A DNA stretch of 27,793 nt from a virus. Taxonomy: Duplodnaviria > Caudoviricetes. The stretch lies in the IMG/VR virus record IMGVR_UViG_3300020044_010635, positions 1 through 27,793 of that record, one strand, 5' to 3'. Shown one piece after another: positions 22,162-27,793 of this stretch. The translations under genes were made by a program, and so were the position numbers. The notes beneath the pieces were generated by a model that was not told the origin of the DNA, did no database searches, and saw nothing but the letters and a program-made list of their open reading frames with translations. Every line of letters starts with the position of its first letter. Within the stretch, counting starts at the first letter, position 1.

Positions 22162-24127
22162 TTTAGCGATCATAGGATCGTTAATTTTTGCATTGATTGC
22201 AAGTGCTACAATCATTCCAGATGACACGACTATAGTCGGTGATTTGACAGTTCAATCGACTGATGGAATTGACGTCAATCCTGGCAGTGACGTTGACGCT
22301 GATTTGATTTCAATCGGTGTTACTGGATCTCCTAAAATAAAATGGAATGAAACTCAAGATGCTATTCAATTCATTGAGAAGTTGATTTTAGGTACAAATG
22401 CTATTCTGACAAAAACTGTCAATGGATCAGCATACACTTCAAAAATGTCTCTGGACACCGACACGACCACTGACTCAGGAGGCATTGATATCACTCGCCA
22501 TGGTAGCTCCGATGCCAGCTATGGATCGATCAGTCTATTGAGAAGTCGTGGGACTCACGCCTCGGAAGCCATTGTTCAATCAGGTGATTTAATTTCGAGC
22601 ATTGTGGGCCTTGGACACGATGGGGTTGACTATGAGCCAGTCGGTTCAATCGAAATGTATTCGGACGGTACTCCTGGTTCAAACGATATGCCTGGGAGAA
22701 TTGATTTTAAAACAGTTCCAGATGGTTCAAGAACTTTGACGCAAGTGATGCGCATAGGTCAAAGATCCGATGTCATGATCGGCACGACCACAAGCAATTC
22801 GTCTGCAATCTTTAACGTGGAGTCAACGACAAAAGGCTCAAGGCCTTCTCCTCAAATGACGACAGTTCAAAGGGATGCAATAGGGACTCCTGTCACTGGG
22901 TTGTCAGTCTATAATACAACCTTAAACACCTATGATTTTTATAATGGCACGTCTTGGCTGAATTTACTCGATACGAGTACCTTTCAAGAATTTTCCAATA
23001 AGACAGTCAGTGGTATTTTTAAATTTGAAGAGTCGGGCGGTGGTTCGAATTATATTGGATTTCAGGCACCTGCAAGCGTGACAAGTGACGTCACTTTCAC
23101 TTTGCCAGATGGAGATGGGACTTCCGGACAAGTTTTAAAAACAAATGGATCAGGAACGCTTTCTTGGTCGAATGACTCGTCAGCCGCTGTTTCTTCATCA
23201 AATGAAGTGAGCAATTTATCAATTGTTAGTTCTGTTGGTTCATCTGCTTTGACAATTGCAGTCAAAACTCAGGGCGGATCAAATGCATCTGGAGGAGATT
23301 CGATAAATATTGGTGTCCGAGATGCATCAGGCGGCTACGCGCAGAGATCGATCACGGGTGCGCTTTCCGTTGTGGTGTCCTCCGGCTCAACACTTGGCCA
23401 AACAAGTGCGGCAACGGCTAGACTATTTATTTATTTGATAGACAATGCTGGGACACTTGAACTTGCCGTGTCCCAAACACTTTACAATGACAATCAAACA
23501 ATTTCGACAACTGCTGAGGGCGGAGCAGGTGCCGCCGATTCTGGCACTGTTATTTATTCCACAACAGCCCGCTCAAATGTAAATTTTAGATTGATTGGCA
23601 CTTTACAAAATACTCAGACAACTGCTGGCACTTGGGCAAGTGCTGGCAGCAATCTGCGACTAGTAAACTCTACTGCTGACGCTGTGGAGCCGATTAATAT
23701 TCGCTATAGCACAAATACCGCTCAGTCGATCGGCAATGCCTCCTTAACAATTATTGATTTTGAGGATAGCTCTTTCGACTCGCATACTTCGGTCACAACT
23801 GGCGCTGCGTGGCACTTCACGGCACCATTTTCTGGAACCTTCGATGTATTCGCTCAAATCATGACAACAGATACTGGAAACTTTGGTGGGACAGACTACC
23901 TTGAGCTTCGGCTACACAAGAATGGGTCAGTGACTTCTTACTCCGGATACTTAGAAGCAAATTTCACAGGCTCAACAACAAATAACTCAGTAAAAATGAT
24001 CGATTCTATTAAACTGCTAGGCGGAGAATATATTGACATCCGCATGTATCAAACGTCTGGCGGATCTGTGCCGTTAATCAATGATGGAACTTACAACTTT
24101 GTGAATATTAAGAGAGTTGGAAATTAA
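22121..24127 (+). CDS. tail fibre / adhesin with C1q-like C-terminal domain and signal-peptide-like N-terminus
   Basis: Fibre motifs PQMTTVQRDAI..P..GL.VYNTT, TFTLPDGDGTSGQVLKTNGSGTLSW; C-terminal FTAPFSGTFDV..I...GEYIDIRMYQ; GGAG RBS. Confidence 0.8.
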   Translation: MGQLNFREGSLRISLAIIGSLIFALIASATIIPDDTTIVGDLTVQSTDGIDVNPGSDVDADLISIGVTGSPKIKWNETQDAIQFIEKLILGTNAILTKTVNGSAYTSKMSLDTDTTTDSGGIDITRHGSSDASYGSISLLRSRGTHASEAIVQSGDLISSIVGLGHDGVDYEPVGSIEMYSDGTPGSNDMPGRIDFKTVPDGSRTLTQVMRIGQRSDVMIGTTTSNSSAIFNVESTTKGSRPSPQMTTVQRDAIGTPVTGLSVYNTTLNTYDFYNGTSWLNLLDTSTFQEFSNKTVSGIFKFEESGGGSNYIGFQAPASVTSDVTFTLPDGDGTSGQVLKTNGSGTLSWSNDSSAAVSSSNEVSNLSIVSSVGSSALTIAVKTQGGSNASGGDSINIGVRDASGGYAQRSITGALSVVVSSGSTLGQTSAATARLFIYLIDNAGTLELAVSQTLYNDNQTISTTAEGGAGAADSGTVIYSTTARSNVNFRLIGTLQNTQTTAGTWASAGSNLRLVNSTADAVEPINIRYSTNTAQSIGNASLTIIDFEDSSFDSHTSVTTGAAWHFTAPFSGTFDVFAQIMTTDTGNFGGTDYLELRLHKNGSVTSYSGYLEANFTGSTTNNSVKMIDSIKLLGGEYIDIRMYQTSGGSVPLINDGTYNFVNIKRVGN

Positions 24128-24128
24128 A

Positions 24129-24371
24129 ATGTCTTTTGATAGTTTTCTATCCTGGGGGTTCACTGCACTTTTGTCTGGATCTTTAATTTATGGAGTTAAG
24201 ATTTTGCAAGACATTAAAAACTCAGTTGATGAGTTGAATGAACGCATGGCCACAATCATTGAAAAAACGGCATGGCACGAAAGAGAAATGGAAAAGATGT
24301 CTAATAGGATTTTATCATTAGAAAGCAAATTCTTTACAAATATGTCTATTAAATCAGGGGGGAATCAATGA
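24129..24371 (+). CDS. single-TM coiled-coil protein (lysis cassette)
   Basis: N-terminal TM FLSWGFTALLSGSLIYGV followed by heptad repeats. Confidence 0.65.
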   Translation: MSFDSFLSWGFTALLSGSLIYGVKILQDIKNSVDELNERMATIIEKTAWHEREMEKMSNRILSLESKFFTNMSIKSGGNQ

Positions 24372-24703
24372 ACTCTAAATATGAAAACGTATATGAAATA
24401 TTGTCCATTCCATTGGCTTTATACATGGCCTATGACAAATCAAAGTTAGACGGCAAGATTGACGTGTCTGACATTCAATATCTGATGGGACCTTTATTGA
24501 AGTTGTCAGGCGCTATTGAAGGTGCAGAATTGGCTTTAAAAGAACTGCAAGCCATCGATGCAGATTCAAAATCAAAGATGCTTCAAAGGCTATCTGCTGA
24601 ATTCGATATCAGTGATGACGTTTTAGAAGGAAAAATTGAAGCTGCATCGGCTTGGATATTATCAACGGCTGAGTTAGTCGGGGTTTTAAAGAAAAATGGA
24701 TGA
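24368..24703 (+). CDS. hypothetical protein
   Basis: GGGGG RBS, ATGA overlap; DGKIDVSDI loop. Confidence 0.7.
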   Translation: MNSKYENVYEILSIPLALYMAYDKSKLDGKIDVSDIQYLMGPLLKLSGAIEGAELALKELQAIDADSKSKMLQRLSAEFDISDDVLEGKIEAASAWILSTAELVGVLKKNG

Positions 24704-24884
24704 GAAAAAGCCTATTTGGAAATCCAAGACTTTTTGGACTGCGATTGGAGTCGCGGTCCTTTCCATTGTTGAAGGACCTGTCAAAGATATCATCAAAACT
24801 CAACCGCCGATTGCGGGAAGTATTCTAGGAATTGTGATCATTGTATTAAGATTTGTCACGAGTGATGGAGTGAAATGGAAATGA
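24696..24884 (+). CDS. putative holin (2 TM)
   Basis: KPIWKSKTFW followed by two TM segments and LRFVT. Confidence 0.65.
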   Translation: MDEKKPIWKSKTFWTAIGVAVLSIVEGPVKDIIKTQPPIAGSILGIVIIVLRFVTSDGVKWK

Positions 24885-25594
24885 GACTTTTTCTAGTCTT
24901 TCTTTTCTTAGTGTCTTGTTCTGGATTACCGAAGTCTGGTGATTCCCAGCCGGTGAAGTCATTCTTGTATGATCTGCGTTTTAAAGTCAATGATTTTTGG
25001 TTCATTGGTTTCGGTTTACCGCAAGGCAATAAAGATCATAAATACAGAATTGAAATCGAACCGCCAGGGGAAAAGATTGACCGACTTATTATCACAACAT
25101 GCCATCGGCAAGACGTGATTGATAAACCTGGAAATGTTGGTTGGTTCAATAAAAGTGTGATGTATGACTATTCCAATCACGATGAATTAGAGAATTTAAG
25201 AACCTGTCCTATGCATATTTATGCATTAGAAGAAAAATCAAGACGTGTTGGATTTGGATTTATTGATTTCCAAGATGACAGACCAGAATTTGATCTTTCA
25301 ATGTCTATGCAGTGCAACGGCAAAACTAGGTACTTTATAGGCCGTGGGTTTTGTCAAAGTGCTGAGGAGTTGGTCCAAAAGTTTACCTTTCCAGAAAAAG
25401 TTATTGTTACACCAGAAAGCCAAAGAGATGAGTGCAAGATATTTGATCGAAATCCCAGTGATTCGTTTGAGTTTAAAATGCCTCAAGGCCTTTGCGCTTA
25501 TCAATTTGTATCGAAACGAAAGCACGCCAACGGTGAGCGCATGAGAATTCGAATTCATACCTATGGAGTGACCGACGTGCCAGTCAGATTTTAG
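24881..25594 (+). CDS. Cys-rich lipoprotein
   Basis: MRLFLVFLFLVS-C lipobox; ATGA overlap at 24881-24884; six further Cys. Confidence 0.75.
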   Translation: MRLFLVFLFLVSCSGLPKSGDSQPVKSFLYDLRFKVNDFWFIGFGLPQGNKDHKYRIEIEPPGEKIDRLIITTCHRQDVIDKPGNVGWFNKSVMYDYSNHDELENLRTCPMHIYALEEKSRRVGFGFIDFQDDRPEFDLSMSMQCNGKTRYFIGRGFCQSAEELVQKFTFPEKVIVTPESQRDECKIFDRNPSDSFEFKMPQGLCAYQFVSKRKHANGERMRIRIHTYGVTDVPVRF

Positions 25595-25606
25595 TCTAAA
25601 GGAGAA

Positions 25607-25933
25607 TTGATGATCCAATCGATATTGGCTTTGATTTCAAGTGTCATCGGCAATCAATCAATTGGTCGGATTCTGCTTTTAGGGATTGAATGGTTTCTCC
25701 AGAAAAATAAGACAGACAAAGAGTCGAGAGAATTGGCTGTGAGCCTGGCCATGAGTTTAAGACGTCAAGGAGTGACCGATGTCATCATGTCTTATAATTC
25801 TGACAGGGATGGGGATTTGGCGGTTGAGGAGTGGGAAAGAATAGAGAAAGAGGGGAAACTAAAAGCCTATAGCAACACGGCTACAGCATTGCCTAATGAG
25901 GACAAAAATTTCATTACCATTGAAAGAAGTTGA
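25607..25933 (+). CDS. hypothetical protein with amphipathic N-terminus
   Basis: AGGAG RBS (start 25607 or 25610); ILALISSVIG...ILLLGIEWFL. Confidence 0.7.
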   Translation: MMIQSILALISSVIGNQSIGRILLLGIEWFLQKNKTDKESRELAVSLAMSLRRQGVTDVIMSYNSDRDGDLAVEEWERIEKEGKLKAYSNTATALPNEDKNFITIERS

Positions 25934-25942
25934 GGAGAAAAA

Positions 25943-26491
25943 ATGACTCAAGCTGACGTTAACGAGATCTTAAACAATGGCCTTGCGGCCTATGCAAAAA
26001 CATTTGAAGGAGTGAGAGAAGTCGGGGGAAACAACAAAGGCGAATTTGTTCGAATGTTCCAAAAAGCAGTTGATGGAAATGCGAGCGGTGAGGCGTGGTG
26101 CGCTGGGTTTTCAAGTTATTGCATCAAAACCTGGGGAAATGTCATGAAATCAGCGATTGATATTCCAGGATTCAAATATTCAAGTGCTTTGGTTTTGAGC
26201 GAATCGGTCTGCAATTTTTGGTTCAATAATCCGGTATCATTTCGAATTGAAAAACCCGAAGTTGGCTCCTTGATTTTGTGGAGGAGATGGATTGACGGCA
26301 AGGCTAGTTGGCAAGGTCACATAGGCATTGTGGTCAATATCGTCTCGGATGACGTGGTTCAAACTATTGAGGGAAATACCTCAAGTGATAATTCAAATGA
26401 GCGCGACGGCGATGGAGTTTTTCTCAAAAATCGGCATATAAAGAGAAACTATGGGAGTTTGAGGCCTTTGGGGTTTTTGAAGGTGTTTTGA
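25943..26491 (+). CDS. CHAP-domain endolysin
   Basis: GVRE.GGNN.G, AWCAGF (catalytic Cys), GHIGIV (catalytic His), TIEGNT; GAGGAG RBS. Confidence 0.9.
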   Translation: MTQADVNEILNNGLAAYAKTFEGVREVGGNNKGEFVRMFQKAVDGNASGEAWCAGFSSYCIKTWGNVMKSAIDIPGFKYSSALVLSESVCNFWFNNPVSFRIEKPEVGSLILWRRWIDGKASWQGHIGIVVNIVSDDVVQTIEGNTSSDNSNERDGDGVFLKNRHIKRNYGSLRPLGFLKVF

Positions 26492-26567
26492 CCAAACTGT
26501 CAACCGACCCAAATCCTAAAGTTAAGTCGGATAATTTCGTCTGTTAAAATAACGCATTGAACAATTA

Positions 26568-26595
26568 AGTAATTAAATTACGTAATTTAATTACT
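26568..26595. repeat. perfect 28-bp palindrome made of two tandem 13-bp palindromes
   Basis: AGTAATTAAATTACGTAATTTAATTACT = A + GTAATTAAATTAC + GTAATTTAATTAC + T. Confidence 0.9.
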
Positions 26596-26604
26596 GAATT
26601 TGAA

Positions 26605-26620
26605 TGTTCCACGTGGAACA
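26605..26620. promoter_or_regulatory. parS: chromosomal-type parS site
   Basis: Perfect 16-bp palindrome TGTTCCACGTGGAACA matching the bacterial consensus TGTTNCACGTGNAACA; intergenic. Confidence 0.88.
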
Positions 26621-26687
26621 AATGCCGAATATCGTTGATTTTTCCCCGAATTAGGCGTACTAGTGCGCTTGATTTGAGGCAAATACG

Positions 26688-26918
26688 ATGCAGAATTGCA
26701 ACTTTGAGGTTTTCCGCTGGGCTAATCGAATCGGCTATCGAAAGGCCGTGGCCTTGTTATATGTGCGAGGAATTTCGGCGCGAGTCAGCGAATTGCTTTG
26801 TCAGGGCAAATACACCAAAAAGCCTGGGCCAATGATCAGACACCACATTCTTGATGCAATGAAAGAGTGCCCAATAAAGAAGAAAGAAACCAAAAAAGAG
26901 GAAAACCCAAATGAGTGA
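26688..26918 (+). CDS. small basic protein, possible Cro-like HTH regulator
   Basis: GAGG RBS; AVALLYVRGISARVSELLCQGKY..KP resembles an HTH; first gene of the operon. Confidence 0.5.
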   Translation: MQNCNFEVFRWANRIGYRKAVALLYVRGISARVSELLCQGKYTKKPGPMIRHHILDAMKECPIKKKETKKEENPNE

Positions 26919-27793
26919 TTTAGAAAGATTCGAGAATATCAGGCAAATTGTCGGTCGAATTGAACCGGAATTTACAGAACTTGCCAAGATCCATAACGCG
27001 GTGAATTTTAAACGAGAGGCATCTTTTGCACTCGATATTTTAAAAGGCAATTCCTATATGGCATCGGTCGCCATGGGCGATCAGGATAGCTTCAAACGAG
27101 CGATTATCAATGTCGCAGCTATCGGCCTAAGCCTAAGTCCTGTCTCGAAGCTTGCCTATCTCGTCCCAAGGGGAAAGAAAATCTGTCTGGACATTTCATG
27201 TCGTGGCTATATCCAATTGGCGGTTGATATCGGAGCGGTGAAATGGGTTAAAGCAGAATTGGTCAAAGAACTAGACGTTTTCGAATATCAGGGGATGGGC
27301 AAAGAACCCTTGCATCGCTTCAATCCGTTCAAAGAGAGAGGTCCCACTCTAGGCGCTTATTGTGTCGCTAAAACTCATGATGAGGAGTTTATCGTTGAAA
27401 TGATGTCGATCGAAGAAATCTATTCGATCAGAGACCGGTCTGAGGCTTGGAAATCCTATGAGAAAGACAAATCGAAAAGGAATCCCTGGGTGACAGACGA
27501 AAGTGAGATGATCAAAAAAACCGTGATAAAAAGAGGTTATAAGTCTTGGCCTATGACCGATACGCGTCAAAGATTTGAAAAGGCCATTGATGTCTCAAAC
27601 GAAACGGACGTCATTGAGTTGAATCAAACTGTTAAGACATTGGATTCTGGCGCTTTGAAAAAGGCTAGGTCTTTGCTAGCTCAACTAGACAAAAGTGAAG
27701 AACAGTTTATGGAACATGCGGTGAGAGTTTTTAAAAGAAACGTGAAAACCCTTGATGATTTGACCAATCAGGAAATCAATCAGGCAATTTCTA
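26911..27793 (+). CDS. recT: RecT-family single-strand annealing protein (3' truncated by the window; absent from the ORF track)
   Basis: Translated by hand from ATG 26911: NFKREASFAL, AIINVAAIGLSLSPVSKLAYLVPR, CLDISCRGYIQLA, GAYCVAKT, IRDRSEAWK, PWVTDESEMIKKTVIKRGYKSWP. Open to the end of the window. Confidence 0.92.
   Translation, partial: MSDLERFENIRQIVGRIEPEFTELAKIHNAVNFKREASFALDILKGNSYMASVAMGDQDSFKRAIINVAAIGLSLSPVSKLAYLVPRGKKICLDISCRGYIQLAVDIGAVKWVKAELVKELDVFEYQGMGKEPLHRFNPFKERGPTLGAYCVAKTHDEEFIVEMMSIEEIYSIRDRSEAWKSYEKDKSKRNPWVTDESEMIKKTVIKRGYKSWPMTDTRQRFEKAIDVSNETDVIELNQTVKTLDSGALKKARSLLAQLDKSEEQFMEHAVRVFKRNVKTLDDLTNQEINQAIS

Noticed and set aside
26488-26530. Possible terminator after the endolysin (TTGAC/GTCAA and CCGAC/GTCGG stems)
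   Set aside because: The stems are only 5 bp and lack a proper U tract.
26568-26595. XerCD dif site or CRISPR repeat
   Set aside because: The arms do not resemble XerC/XerD boxes, and it is a single copy with no spacers.
26634-26660. Shared GTTGA-N15/16-GCGTAC pattern here and at 3451-3476 as a phage-specific promoter
   Set aside because: Only two instances with unequal spacing, which is compatible with ordinary weak sigma70 promoters or chance.
1-27793. tRNA, rRNA, CRISPR array, integrase or transposase
   Set aside because: None recognised. The window is almost fully coding, and lifestyle (temperate or lytic) and host cannot be determined from it.

Overview
AT-rich tailed-phage DNA of P22-like podovirus type, almost entirely on the + strand. 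Order: the end of an early/accessory region of small hypothetical genes (1-3169); a divergent ribbon-helix-helix-like regulator; a ParB-N-domain gene and a C5 cytosine methyltransferase; terS, an Acb2/Tad1-like gene and terL; portal, scaffold and coat; a GT-A glycosyltransferase; gp4/gp10-like tail proteins; three ejection proteins; a tailspike head-binding anchor plus a fibre; a lysis cassette with a CHAP endolysin; a control region with a 28-bp palindrome and a perfect chromosomal-type parS; and recT running off the end. The standout element is a 309-aa intein in the TerL Walker A motif (5952-6878) that has no in-frame endonuclease. Instead it contains a complete HNH endonuclease gene on the opposite strand (6753->6085), with its own RBS and a candidate promoter. 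Both strands stay open across about 220 codons, so this is an antisense dual-coding intein/homing endonuclease element. All protein calls come from motif recognition by eye; no searches were run, and novelty could not be checked against the literature.
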